The notes beneath the pieces were generated by a model. It was given only the letters and a program-made list of their open reading frames with translations. It was not told the DNA's origin and did not search any database. DNA of 64,000 nt from Fimbriosthenelais zetlandica. Taxonomy: Eukaryota. This document shows positions 35,701-50,962 of the stretch, in pieces. Location of the stretch: contig OZ365115.1 of the NCBI GenBank assembly GCA_977030845.1, forward strand, positions 7,130,001-7,194,000, in the 5' to 3' direction. Position 1 is the stretch's first letter, and each line of letters starts with the position of its first letter. Made by a program: the position numbers and the translations under genes.

Positions 35701-38700
35701 GCTCGTCAGGCTAGAGAGTCATAATGAAGAGTCGCAGACATTCTCACTCCACAAGTCTCTATAGATGCACTAACAACTGTATGATGGACGACCGTAAGTA
35801 AATGAGCTCATCAATTAGAAAACACCAGAGGGAAGAGAATACCTCTATATCTCCTGGTTTACTTGAGTGAATACTATTTTCTCTTATCTGTTGAGGTGTC
35901 AGACGGGTGATATCCCTGGTGGCAATCTGTCTCCTTTATTATGAAAATACTCCCATTCGGATGTCTGCAGGTCTAATGAAAAAAATACGCACTTTGGTTA
36001 AAATCTGGAAAATCCGGGAGAGATGCACACACGTGGTAATCGAGATAGGAAACATGCATGCTTCTGAAGTTTGGAAGTGTCACAATTTAGCAAATTGTGC
36101 TGAATAATTCTGTTCTAACTATGGCTGTAACTAAAGCAAAGTTCCCATGTACCTCTGAGACCAATGTATCACTGTAGATGTAGATAATCCAGAGGCAAGT
36201 ATAGAGAGTATAGGGAAGTTGTTCCGTCTCATGTGGCTGATTCCTCTATAAGGCAGTAGAGACAGCATTGTACAGGGACACAGAAAGAATGGCAATGGAG
36301 ACTATGTGAGTTGTATGCAAAGAATGTGACGTCCTGACACATATTGGACAGAAGGCAATTAACCCTTTCACCTGACTCTCATTCAACATCATTTAGACTC
36401 TGCTATACTGCATGATATACAGAAAGGATCTTCATGTGTTCTGTCTATTTTCCATGTGAATGACTATTGCTACTGGTATCTGCAAATAATTCCCTATAGG
36501 ATGTCCAATGAAGACTTCATGACATCTTCAATTGCAATAGAGTGTCTCTATACTGTGATTTATTTTCCTGGATTAAAATGTTTTCTAGAAAGTGCCACTA
36601 AAAATGGTTTCTGTAAAGTAAACCCACTATATTGACCTTGTCTTGTACATTATTCTATAATGCAGCAAAGAAACTGAAAAAAAGCGAAGGCAGCAGTAAT
36701 TGACACCTATCTTTCTACTGAAACAGACCCCCAAAGTATCTCGCATCTGTTTAGAGACACTGGAACCTGCCTTGAATTGTGATCTTCGCTCTGCCACTAA
36801 TCATTTAGCTCATGACACTGACCTGCTCAAAAATACTCCACAGGGAATTGATAGTATGGTCGAAGCTGAGGCCCCGTGAAAAAGGTGTATTCCCAAGGAG
36901 TTTGTTATTCACGAGGAGGTATGAATATATTCATTTTGTACTTGTCTCTTACGTACTGCTTCTATCCATATATCACATTTGGTCGTGCAGAAAGATATTT
37001 GTTAGATTTATCCATTGACACCTGCAGCTAAATTAGCTCAATCATTCCCAAGAGAAAACAAAAACAGAACAAGTGAACAGAAAACAAAGTGCCTGTATAC
37101 CCACTAATATTACTTTGTGCACAAATTTAATCAGGAAATATACAGTAATTATATTGTTCAGTGGTTAAACAAAATTGATGTCATGTGAAATTTCAGTTTT
37201 TGCATAAATTGTTTTTGTCTGATGTCCAAGGCAATCAAAATTTACCCTTTCTTTTAATTCCCATCATGAATTGCAGACAATAGAGCAATTATTTTGGAAG
37301 CCTACTGTTCCTCATGGTGAGTCGAACACAACGGATCTCAATGGGCTTGTAATGCGGAGAGCTTTAGGGCACCTCACGGTCCATGCACCAAACCTGGACA
37401 TGAAACGGGTGAATTTAAGATTGAATATGCACGCAATAGTGTGAAATTTACGAGCGTTAACGCCCATAAAGGATTAATTTCAGTGCTAATTTTATGGTCT
37501 CATGTACATGTACCAGTGTAAAAAGAGAGGAATGTTGTAAGGATCTCATTCCCACCTCTGAGCCCCATCCGCTATAATTAAACACATTAAAGCATGACTT
37601 CTTAGATGATGGCAGGGACAGGAATAGGATCTGATCTGTGTCAGGCCAACGAGGCCTGTCACATGTAATTAAAAACTTGATGGCTGTAATTTAACAATAG
37701 ATGTCTGTAAATTGATTCTATTCACAAGACGTCAGTGCACCATTGCATGAATAGAGGACTGTCTTTCAGACTAAACATGCGCTATATTAGCCCATAGATT
37801 CACCATTAACTAATGGCTCCCTATGGTAATCACTGTGGAGATGTTCCTGACATCATGTCATGGCATGATGTTTGCCAGTGTAAGTACATGAGAGATCGGA
37901 AATCAAAAGGTATTCAGACAAAAGTTCGTGACATTGAGACGGGAGGAAGAAGTTTTTCCATTATGACCTGCCAGTTTTTTCTGTCAGTCTCCGCATTCCA
38001 TTTCCGCCTGAGACTTCTATCAGGCTTGAGTATTTGGACGGAACCGGAAGTGGTTTCCTTGACCTAGCTTCCTTGTTGGTGACAGAAGAAGAACCAACAC
38101 TCTTGTAAACAATGCAGGGATGTATGAAAAAGTGACCTAAACTTTGACATTGGCAAACTTGGCCCAAGGGTAAAATTCCTGTTTTCCATAGAAGCAGAAC
38201 TTTTTGAAAATGAATCTCTGCTTGCGGTGTCATGGGGTTTCCATAGTGTCCGTCCCTTTCTCATCTTGCTAGTATTCCCTGATGCCCCATTCCCTTTGTC
38301 CTATTCGACCTTGATTTATTTTCATTGTGCTAAACTATTCCTTGTTTTACTGCTCTAAGCACAGCCTAGCCCAGAGGTCTGGCTTGTTAGCTGGCTCTGA
38401 ATATAATGTAGAAGCCTGGAATTATAGGGTTCTGGCCTCTTGGCCGTTTGTTATACTCTTGGCAAGATTTAGCTGATAGCTCCTCTAAATCCATCCATTT
38501 TATTCTATTCCCACTGTTATTACTTAATAATGTATTACTCCTATGGAACGAAAGACCATTATATGAATTTTATTAAAGGTATCGTTGACTGTAATTTATG
38601 GGTGGAATATTATGACAGACTACGATCCATTGCTTCTACCAATTGTGTTTATTGTGAATAGGATAAGTCATTAATCCCTATATGTTAATACGGAGATCTA

Positions 38701-41700
38701 TGATCTACATCTTGATGATTTAACCTCTCAGCACTTTTTCTAAATATGTACTCGCTGCACCCATAGTAATGAGGGACTAAGCCGATCCTGAGCACGATCA
38801 ATCAGTTGATTAACCTTTTATCTTTTTCTTCTCGTCTCAGGCATCTCATGCATGTAAATAAGATATATAAGGACACTATACATCAAAGAAGGCTTATCTC
38901 GCCTCTTCACACTGGCACTGGTCTTAAAGCACTATAGTAGTCTCATATTACCAGATAGTTATAATATTTAGTCAATATTTTCTAGAATATTTAATATTTG
39001 AGGACCGAATGTCTATCATAATAATCCCTGCATCTGAAACACGTCCTATAAGATTGATAGAATACAGACGTAATTAGAGATTATTCTCTCAGACATGTCT
39101 TTCATCCGATTTTGTTACTTCGTGTGAGATGAGATATTCTGCAGAATGACTAATTATTTCATTCGTAATACTGAAAATGCATAATTGAAGACATTTGGCT
39201 AGGCTTTTAGCTTTGAAAGGAGAGGATCTCTTCTAATGCAATCCTCTTACTTTTCTTTGATTAATGTATATAAAGCCTTTGTCACTGGAAGACCGTGGAT
39301 GACCACCTAGCTCAAAGATTCATAAAGTGATGTTCTTTCTCATTAACTGTCCATTTCCATCTCGTTATATCATATGTTTGATGCAGAAGCAATGCATCCA
39401 ATCTAAATCGGAGCAGCTTCTTAGAATTTTCTTACGCTGGAACCTCCCCCAGGTGTTCTTGAGACGCCAACAAGGCATCTTATGGCCACTGATTGATTAC
39501 ACACAAAACAACCAAAGAAACTTTCTACCCGGGGAAATTCAATTTGTTTTGGGCTAATTTGGGTTACATCCATCCCTTCCCACCGGAAGTGTGTATACTT
39601 TTCCTTTCTTATGTTCATACGACCTGGCATTTGGAGGACATGTAAATTATAACGGAAATAGTTTTTATCATTCATCTTGGCAATTGTCTTTTCTATTTCT
39701 GTGTCAATTTCTCATGTGTACAGTACATGAGAAATGGACACACTTGTCCCTTGGCAATTCTCCTGTAAGCTTTATGATGACGAGGTCCCGTATAACAAAT
39801 AGAGATGCACACATCTAGGCTTAAGGCCTGCCAAGAGAAAATTGAGATATTATCTGGATGAGACAGAAGACAGATGTCTCCTACAGAGAGGGCTAAAGGA
39901 CATACCCAGCAGTCCAATGGTCCCTTCAGGTATGAATCATAATTATATCTTCTGAAGGTATATTCCCGTTTCTGTATACCCTCCACCAGGGTAATAGGGA
40001 TAAGTCTTGTGTCTTATAACAAACGGAAGATAAGAAAAAACCATTACACTTCTTGTGTTCACCCAATGATATTTTTCTAAACGGGGTCAACCCATTTGCT
40101 ATCCTGGGGTTCAACCCAGGCTATCCATCAATCCCCTGGACTTCAACAAGCCATTTCCCCTCGAGGAAGACAAGGCCAGGTACTCCCTTGTGCCTCATGT
40201 TTCCTCAGAGCATTTAAAATGATAATATTTCCGGACAATCAAGCACTATATTGGATGTTTTCTATCCTAGTGGAATCCCTCGATCCAATTCCCTGTAGTT
40301 CTGGGGTAGGTTTCATGAACTATACGTTAGTCGACGATGTCTCATTGGGTTAATGTTGGACATCTTTACTCTGAAACAGGTCCCCGAATCAAAGATCCAG
40401 GTACAGCATTGTAATTGAATTCGAAAAGTCCTTTGACCTTCACTATATCATTAAAAATAATAATTGATTTGAAAGAGAATTTTATAGATAATAGCCGTCT
40501 ATATTTAGCCAATAAGCAAAGAATTCCTTAACCACAGTATTGGAAAATAAAGTCATGCAGTGCAGAAAATCTTGACGTACCCAGCGAAAATAGCATTTTC
40601 CAATATTTTCTTTTATAAAGCACTTGCTGCAAGAAGTACACTTTGTCACCCTGTTAAATGACCTGAAATACTAGGCATTTACTGCTTGGCCTATAAACCA
40701 ACACCGGCAACTGGTCAAGGAGGAAGCCACGTGGTCAGACACTGGACCTGTCCACTCGTAGCGTGCAGTCCGATGCCCTCGACGTGTTTTTCAATTTTCC
40801 CCGGGCCAGACCTGTTTGATTCCATTAGGTCAGTGACTGCGACTTAGGTTAGCATGCACCCCGACCACTTCATCAATCTGCCTAGCCTTTTACTAATGGT
40901 GAATAAACCATGGTCACAAGCACACTCACTGATACCTGGTCTCGTCAAGCAAGCCTCCTCAGCTTGTCTTTGAAAATCCATACATGGACAGAGGTGGAAG
41001 GTTATATATTTATAAGCCCATACTCTCATTGAGAATCGGCCCTCCTAGAGGATGGCAACATAAATTTATCTTTCAAACTGTCAAGTTTCTTATTCTGACA
41101 TGGATATTTATATCCTACAGTACCTACAATATTCAAATAATATATACCTGCTGCAGTTGCATGCACACGTCCACAGATTATAGGCATACTCTCCATCTTG
41201 TTAGGGTCTTCTGAGAATGAATGAACATCCACTGGTAATCAAATTTATAGCGGGCAATTCCAATTTCCTCTGAACAAAATTTTCGTCTGGCAACATAATA
41301 GAAAGTAAATATTATGTGATTTGATAAGATTTGGGCCAGGCATTCATAATGAAAATTATGATCTAGATAGCATATTTGTACTGTTTATAGCAAAGTAGAA
41401 ACGTCTCTCAGAGGATTAATACAAAACAGCGACTGATGTTGCTAAGAGAAAAATTGTTCCCTTGAAGTATTCTTCTCCCCAGAGAAGGTTTTCCATTGCA
41501 TTTGTTTTACTTTGCTTTAAAAGGTTATGAGGTTTGGAATTGTGTATTCGCAATCTATTCAAATTTTAAAGGCAGTTGTAGGCTAATTCCTACAGTTGGC
41601 TGCGTTTCAGATAACTAGCAGTCTAACAGGGCAGGCATAGTATTAGATCACTTTTAAAATCAAATTATGCGATGCTAATGAACAAGTTCTAGATGTGATT

Positions 41701-44700
41701 TAGGGGCTTGGCATAGAACCCCTAAAATCTGAGCCCACCCTTCTATGCTAAATCTAGACCAATTTTGGACTGGTGAATTGAATTCCAGGGGGTAAAGAAG
41801 GTAATATGTGTAGCTGTACATTCATTAAATACTTACTGAGAGCCTGGGGATCATGCTGTATGACATTTCCACTTAATTACTACACCTATCTAGTGAAAAA
41901 GTTATAATTGTTGTTCTCTACAGCTTGGCCTTTACTCCTAATTGGTCGAATTATCTTTTAATTTGCATCATTCGATGGGATTTATTTGATGATGGAAAAT
42001 AGTCTTGTTGGCAATTAAATTTTAGGAAATTCAATATATGAAACAAGGAATAGATGGTCTAAATTCGCTTCAGTTTGGGGGCAAACGAGGAAGCTTAAAT
42101 ATCACTGATCAATACACAATGGTCCAAATGTCTTCTTTTCAGGAAGTGTAAAATGCCAGGAAGTAGTAGAATTATAGTAATTGGCCAAGTGGGCAACAAT
42201 ATATAACTGCCATTTTCTAGTGGACATTTTTCTTTTCTGCTCGACGTCAAATCACGACAAATTTTACAGTAGAATTTCTTCCTATAGCGTGATGCCTCCT
42301 CTCCTTCCCAATTGTACATAGGTTACCAAGGCACCTTTTTGGTCAGTTTTCCAGGGTGTTTTTTTCTTTAAAAAGGGAAAGCTTTCTTCGCCCACGCTGC
42401 CTGAATGATATCAAAGAAGAGCAGCAGCATCATGATACTGCTATGGCAACATCTGGCTCAACACCGACAACCAATTAGGAAAAAGATCTCAGGAATTAAG
42501 TGGGCAAGTGTGGTTGTGCATACGTGATGGGCCATCACTGGCGATATATATAAAGGCTGGCTCCTGATAGTGATCCACTGCTGAGACTTAGTGGCAATTC
42601 AGCTGATAGTTTATGAGTGGATCAGCGCAATGCTAAAGATGTATAGCCTGAGTTTTGGCCGCTATCCGAGCAGGGATAAATACACAGGATATAATGTAAA
42701 GTCCTGTCTTGGTGATGTATAGTCTGTGGTCTTTATGCCTACAGTATGGTCTATAGCTCTATAGCTATCGATGAGTCGTGTATCTTTATGCGATGAAAGG
42801 ATGGCAAAGCCTACCGCTATAGCCTTTATCTCGACTATATATATACCCTCGCTCTTTTATCAGTTTGCCTGTATTCCCCATGATATTTATCTAAAAAAAA
42901 CTTTCCCCAATTTCTTTGTTTTCTCAAGGTGATGTTTGGGAGATACCTCCTACAAGTTGGTAATAAATTGAGGTCAATGACCGGGAAAGTTGCCACCTCA
43001 GCGATGGGTCTCAGTGCTCGCTTTACTTTAATTTAATCAGGGCAATATACACCACCTTCATTCACAGTGGGAGAAATGTTTGCTACTGATTTAGCGTGTT
43101 CTTGGACTCTCAAACGATGATTGGGAGGCATTAGTGAAAGTCATTTTGACTTCAACTACCAAAATGACACTGCTTTGTCTGCTGCGGAAGGACTGTGTAG
43201 TGAGCTTTTGCAAATTATGAGTAGTATAATTATGTGTGAATTGGTGTCATTGATTCTTTTGACCTTTCGTCCTGACCTTAAACTTGAGCATGATAGAAGC
43301 AATGGTTTAATGTCAGTGTATTTCTCTGGCCGTCATGTCTATGGCTGATTCGTCATGCCTAGCATTAATTGGACATGACTGATCATTGCCCTAATCAGGG
43401 GGATTCTCAGTTGATGTCCCAGGTACTTGAAGACGGACATTAATTGCGATTGGCTGATGTCACAATAATTTGTTAGTTTGTCCGGTGACCAATGACAAGC
43501 TCACCGGACTGGGAAACTGCATGGGATAAGTGGGTCGACCAATATAATTATGCAGAACTCTAGTACAAAGCAATGCATTGCCTCAGAACCCAAGAGCAGG
43601 GCCTTTCCTTCTGATTGCTAAAATTGTACTCGTCATGAAGCTCATTAGAAAATACTATTAACTCAGAAGATCATTACCTGAACTATTTCTCGTAATAGTA
43701 AATTTACATGAAGGCTCATGGTAATAGATTGCACCCATGGGTGGGAAAAATCCATCTATGCCTGAATACAGATTGAAATTAAGGGGTGAATTATTCAAAG
43801 ACATCACAACTGGGGGGCGAAACAATCAAAGATGGACCTGTCCTGAGACCAAAAATACGGAACAAATACTGAAATAATTCTATTTTCTTTTCGGATTCGA
43901 TCAAAAAGGCTGCATCATCAATCTGGTTCTGCACTGATGAAGCTCCAAGTCAATTTTTGATGAATTTATGGGTAGGCATCCTTAAAGTATTGTGACGAAA
44001 TAATAGCTCGGGGTATTCAATGTATCCAAATACAAAATGGAAGTCTTTTTGATCCAGAGTCCTCATTTCATAATTCCACACACACAAATCCAGTGGCGGT
44101 TCCGCCATCATCTCGCCCGACTATTTTTTCTCTTGATCCAATCAGGGCCGCGTTTGTCAAATGTAAATGAATATGAGAAAAAAACTTAAACAATTTGAAA
44201 GGACCATTACTGGGAAATGAGAATAAACAATGGTTTGTCCACGCCTTGTTCAGCTGTGGGAGCGTCGGCGGTACATTGCGCTGACGAGGCTGCATGGTGA
44301 CTGTCATGTCATCATTGTCAGTCCCCGCGGATCATCCCAACCCATCATCCGGGGCATGTTTCACGAACAGTGAAATTACCTCAAAATCCTACCATCGACT
44401 TGCATACATCCTAGGGTTTCCTTATGAGAAACCCCCCCTGGGAATATACCCGGTTTCTGTACTTGAATGTACAGAAAGAAGAAGCCCCAGGATACTTGCT
44501 GATCTTGTGTTCCCTTCCAGGAAGTACAGTTTCCCTATGAGGAATTCCTTTCTTGACCTCTGTAGAACTTCTGTCATCAACTATTTTGGTCACCCAAGTA
44601 AGCCTCAGAGTAGACAAAACAAATTCTGAAGGGAACGTGAAGAAATCCGGCTGAGAAGTAAGGGCAGAAGGTCAAGCGACCACTCCATAAGTCAATGAGG

Positions 44701-45739
44701 GAGACTAGGCGCCTCAGACAGATTATACGTGTCAGTGATGACCTTTGTTTAGAGCTCTCCAAACGCTAACATAGCAACCAATTGTCTGAGTGGCTACCAA
44801 TTAATACAATACCTTGCACGTAGGCCGTGCTGGAGTTTGAATGACGAGCTGTCTATAAATTATATAACTTCTAGTCTATGAGGTGTCGGTATATATATGA
44901 CCCTAAGGCATGTACGTGATGTTTGAAGACCAATACCATCATAAATTAGCCTAACTGGGAGACTAATTTATTTGAGGTGATAAATGGATGGCCAGGGAAG
45001 GAAATTAACTATGATAGATGGTCACCTGGAAGATAGGCTTCCCTTAGCAATTTATGAAGGTAACAAGTACCCGAGGCTGCTTGGGTCCTCCATCCCTAAA
45101 CATGGTAATATATGGACCTGTAACCGTTGAGCTCATATAAGCCAATTCAAGCAGAATTGTATCGATTATTTTATGTTCGCTGAAGCTTCCCAATGGACAC
45201 ATACCTAATGATTATTGGCCTGGTTGATATACCCAACCCCTACATATATCCAGAACCAGGTCACGTCTCCTTAAATATATAAGAAATATGTGACGGTCAC
45301 AAATACACCTCCTGGTGAGCATTAACCTTGACTGATGCATTATATAAGTGGTGCTTAGCACCGTACCCGTCCCTACTAATTATGAGGAGGACAAGGGAAT
45401 CCTACTCTCTTCAATAAATATGGAGAGAGGAAGCCTACTTTTGCACGTGTCAAGCATTAGTAAGGGTTGTGCCCCTCACATCACCAAGCGAGTGAGAAGA
45501 AATGGCCACATTGCGCAATTCCTCCTTGCGTGCCTCGCGAGATTATACATTTCCTCTATCGACGGTGGCAGAAATTACAGTACCCCGCTCCGTCCAGAAT
45601 ATCGGCAACTTCTATGAAGTCCCGCAATGCATTGATCCCATTGGCCTAGTGGGCAATATTATACATTGACAGAATATATATGTTAGGTCATTGCTCGACG
45701 ATCAGTGAAAAGCACTGATATAAAATGTGACCCATTGTT

Positions 45740-46040
45740 ATCTTGTTCCCTGTCTACCATCCTGGTTCCCTGCCTACTCATCCCCTTTCAGATGTAAGGG
45801 AATGCATTTTGAAACCTAAACAGATATCTCCCTGTGTCCCTCCTGTCTGGCTGCCTGTGTCCCTCCCTCCCTCCAAAGGAATAGGACTTACTAACATAAC
45901 CAAATGCCTCCCTGCTTCCCATCTTGCCTACCTGCCTCCCATGTGATAGGAATGTTCTTTGAAACCTAACTAAATACCTCTCATGCCTGCATATCAACCT
46001 GCCTGCCTGCTTCCATCCCTCCCAAATGAATTGAATGTCC
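45740..46040. repeat. Degenerate minisatellite, about four units of roughly 70-75 bp
   Basis: Recurring GGAATG...TTTGAAACCTAA block (about 45803 and 45948, weaker at about 45878 and 46032) separated by CCTGC/CCTCC-rich spacers. Confidence 0.55.
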
Positions 46041-49000
46041 TTTAAGGTTGTCTAAGTTACACTCTTATTCCCTAAAATCTGTCATTAGAAAATGGAGAGG
46101 TCTATCAGTCTCATTAGTCCTTTTTATCATATTAAAAATAGAGGAAATGTTGTAAAGACATTGACAGGAATTTTTGGTCTCTCAAGCGGTGATATCATGT
46201 CGCCTTCTTTGCTGTCCAATTTATTCCATTGAAAAGCGACAAGAAGCAAAAAGACCGTAACACGACTCTCAAGTAATCAGCAGGTCTACTCCTGGGTGAT
46301 TTGTCTTATGTCATGTTTCTCCACACTGGATGATTTATCATTCTAACAGGTGTAATTTGAGTTCATTTCCATTATAAAAAGTCTGTGCTCACATTAGCAT
46401 AAATACAACAGATTTATCTCTCAGCAGGTATTTAGAATGCAGACCAACAATTTGAACAATACACAATGCTGAGATTTGATGATCAAACATTACATTATAA
46501 ATGGAGAATTAATTAATTAATGTTGTACAAGGAGAATAAATGTATCCTCAAGAAATCATTCATGTAACTAATCGACGCACAATAACTGATCGTTTAGTAA
46601 ACTATCGAACCATTGTCTGAAACCGTCTAGATACATTGTTCTATATACATTGTATCTTGTCAAAGAACTAAACCCTTTTATACTTGATGATATATAAGAG
46701 CAAAAAACATAATGTTATTATATGTTATGTGATATTGTTTTGCTAGAGGCAGTGCATGTATAACCAGGTTTTCTTAATGAATCTCATTCTGGAACATGTA
46801 CCCTCGGGACAAAGTTAAAAAACCCTCACTCTCAAAATCATATTTCCATATCTTTTAATATCACTGTAAAACATAAAGAGGCAAAAATCTTAATTAAAAG
46901 TCATGAAAAAAATGACATTCTTTAATCTTATGTAAGGCAGTGTGCATAAACTGTTTTAAATAATTGTTATCTGGAGGACACTTCTGTCGTCCTATATCAT
47001 CCACAGGCACCTTTTGCAGAGGAATGAGGTAATTGCCTCCAAGCAATTTTGATTGAGATGCAGCAAGACCATGTCTCATTAACATCCATGAACGTCTTCC
47101 TTTTTAATAGATTATAATGTACGTCCACTGGGTATAATTGTGATATACCATTTTCTTACTCATATTCTGAAGAGATAGATATATACAGCACTTATTGGTA
47201 ATTTGTCTTACCTCTTGTAATGAATCTTTAATGAACATTACATTGAAGGTACCATATTAAATGACCAATAAAAAAGTCTCAAAGAATCTGACATTTATCA
47301 TAGCAATAATGCTTTGAAATAAGAAATGATGATAGTTTTCAGTTGCAGCTCCAATAAGCAATGTATTAGTAGGGATATCTAAGCAGCAACTCTGAGCATC
47401 CCTCCTATGGACTCGTGTTTCAAGCAGATAGCATATCATCAAGAGTCATCACAGCGAATCATGTTGAATGGGGTTTGCTTAATTCTGATCGATGCTTATG
47501 AATGTCCTGCTTAATGTGATTTTACCGTTGAGAATCACTTCAAAACTTCCAGCAGCATGACAAATGGAGCTCATAGAGCATTTATATGGAAATGTAAGAT
47601 CTTTTCTGTTTGATCGAGTGAACTTGTCATATGGTTTCATTTTTAGTCCATTTCCCTTACGCTGGTCTTCTTAAATCGATGACGTGTGAACAATGTTAAA
47701 AATTGGCACGGAATATATATCCCAAGATAAGATATAATGCTGCTTGAGCTGAATACTTGTAAGGGCCCTCCAATAATATCTATGTGTTCAGAAAGCCTGA
47801 TTCGTGACTTTTGTCAGTGTAGTGCTTAGATTTGCTTCCTTAATTTGACCTTGCTGCATTGCCTACCTCTGAATCTCTTGCTTTATGGACTGCTGGTGTT
47901 CTACCCTCTGACATTTGACAGAATTCCAAGATGGCGACAGATTCCAAGGTGGTACTGTTGGTCATGTATTTGATGTAGTAACTGACATAGGTCAGATCAG
48001 CAGTCTTGTAGATCGATGATTGAAATTAGGCAGCAGCCTTGATATTTGCAGCCAAAGCTTTTGAATAAGAAAAAGCACAGCTTTTTATTATCTGGATCTG
48101 AATAGTTTTTACTTTTAGACTGTCAGATATAGAATAATTGTGGTATTTGAGAAGAGTTACTTTATGGATACATACATGTACATGCTCACACCTGACAATT
48201 CTTTAGCCTATCGTTATGAAACAGGCTCCAGATATACCCACCTGTCGGACAGATTTCTACACTGTAACAAAAGTGTCAGGTACGTGGTAGGAGTGAGAAG
48301 GCAGCAGGTGTTGAATCAGCTGGCACGATTCACAGCCTTACAACTAATGGGTGCATGCCGGGATTAAAACCTGACAGCTTCTGGATACCACCCTATTTTC
48401 CTCCCAGTAAATTTATTGGTTCAACCAAATGTAACTATAAGACATGCAATCAGACAATGCAATATCAATGGTCCTGATTGTGTATTTATTGGCATTGCAT
48501 GTACACTGTTTATAGAGACTGAAATGAATATTGGAAGTTTTCAATCCGGTTCTCCAGTTCCATCTTGGACCAGTCCACCCTGTCCACTGGACCCTGTCCA
48601 CTTAGCTCCTCAGCATTAAGATCCACTAAGGACCTTTCATGTTTCCTTCATGTGAGGGTTGTCATTAAGATATTTGATGTACATGCACAACACCTGTACA
48701 TCATGTTGGGTCGTTGTAGATGAGTTCGGATCAGCTGGTAAGAGGCGTGTACTTTGATAAATGGCCGTCTCTTAATGTATGTAAACAGGCCTGACATTTG
48801 AGCTGCACGATGTGGGTCACCTCAGGTCCACAAGTTAGCCCTCTTGACATTTACCAAAGGGTTTGTTCCCACTTTCTCTTTCACACCCTTTTCCTAACTT
48901 TGCATCCTGAAGTAGCTAGTTCACAGTAATCATTTTCTCCATTAATGATCACTTTCTGACTTCGCCCATGATCTTTTACCCAGGACTGGAGTTTTGCCAA

Positions 49001-50962
49001 GAGATTTCTTGAAGGCGTGCAATTTTGAAAAGTTTCTCTCAACGATTTTGTGACTTGATTCATCGCACTTGTTGATACATAAAACTCATGACCTTCTCTG
49101 ATCACTTTATTTCCCTCTCGGCAATTTCCCACCAAACATGATTGTCTGGAAACCGTATACCTTTATGGTTTCATAATTCTTTTTTCCCGCCGGCAGTATG
49201 GAAGATTATGCTATTGCTGTCTGAATGGGGCGTCTAAATTCCGGCCAAGTCACGTGACAATATTTTCCAATATGACTAGAAGGCCCCGGATCAAGAGGAT
49301 CACGTGGTGCCTTAATCAGTCCGCCTGACGTGACAAGGGTTGAAACAGAGTGGAAGCACTGCATGAAATACACCACAAACTGGTGGTGCATTGTCATACA
49401 ATAGGTACCAATCAGGCACTGCTGGCAACCCACCCTCAACCAAGACCAACATGTCACATGCCCCAAAATAAAACCCGCAGTACACCGGGGATTGAATGCC
49501 AACACAGGATGGAAGGCTGTAAGGGTTCTTCATGACAATGATGATTAATGTCTCTCTCTTCTTTCTCAGCAGTTTCAATTAATTTCTCTGAAGAGAATAA
49601 ACTGTTTCCAATTATTTCTGAATGAACCTGAACTACCTCATGCATACCAACCTTAAAAACATCTCTATGCCTGAGGGCTTTGTGAATAGATTGTCATTCC
49701 AAACGTTTACCATATTTGATCTCATATAGTTGTCTTTTGACGTCAAAGACCAGATTTTAGAGATGTTATGGCATACGACATTTTTACAACTACATTTTAG
49801 GACGTAGTGGCGAACAATGCCTTTTACCAACACAGTAATTTCAACTAATATTTGTGATCCGCATCCGTAGGTGATTTTATGATCCACGTGACACATTTGG
49901 GTGCAGGCTTACTTTGATACTCTTTACTTTCAGTTTCCCCAAGTTATTTCACCCTAAAAATATCGCACCACTGCAGGGCTTATTGTTTCAAAAGCACCGT
50001 GAAAGGGTTTCAGTACAAAAAAACCTTTGATGTGAATTCCTATTCATTCTGTATACCCATCTTTTATGGACTGCATTGCAAGTTTTTTGAATTCTTGCTT
50101 GTGCCACAAATATCCCGTATGTACGGTTCCCTTTGAATGATCGTCATCTTTCCTCACTTTTCGGTCTTGTTACCTTGAATGAGCTAAACCACTTAAGCTG
50201 CATGTTTTGAGTGCTTGGGAGAAATTGCTTGTAATTCATCGTTATTCTTAGCAGTTTCCTTTGATAACAGGCTGTAGCCATCTACTTTTACAATCCAGGC
50301 CCTCGTACATAAACATTTCGGCTGAATAATTACATTATGGCTGAATAACAATTACACGCTTAAGGGTTGATTCTCACATGTATAGGAGGAATGGAGAAAT
50401 GCCATGGTTAGAATCATAACTGTTCCTAATATACGCCATTTAGCTTATCCTCACTGGCATGACATCATATATATCTGGTTATGGAGGAGCTTTTTAACCA
50501 GCTATATCCTGTACAGAGAGACTTAATGAGACTGAAGTAGACGTTGTTTACATCGCAACATCCTCTGCATACAACAGCTCTGCACTGACTCCCCTTAATG
50601 GATGAGGAAAGTGAGGAATAAAGTTTTTGTGTTCTGAATATATTCCTCTGTCTTCAGGTGTACCGGATGTATGAATGAAGGATATTGATCTTGTACCATG
50701 AGACCAATAATACATGCAGCAGGAGCAACTATCATGGATACATTATTTTTCATAAGAAAAGAAACTAACATATTGAACCCAATGAACTGAGAGCGATATT
50801 ACATCGTGAACTCTGTTTTTAGTAATCATTACTCTCACAAATGCATCCATCCAAATGAACATTTCCATCACTATCAATTTCAGTACCTGTTTTCAGTAAT
50901 CAGTATTATCCCGCCTACAACAAAATTTATATAGTTTACCAAATGTTCCTATTAACAATTAC

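Noticed and set aside
36359-36370. TTAACCCTTT piggyBac-like terminus
   Set aside because: No matching AGGGTTAA end nearby and no internal evidence.
43014-43023. GTGCTCGCTT, matching the U6 snRNA 5' end
   Set aside because: Only 10 nt match and the rest of U6 is absent.
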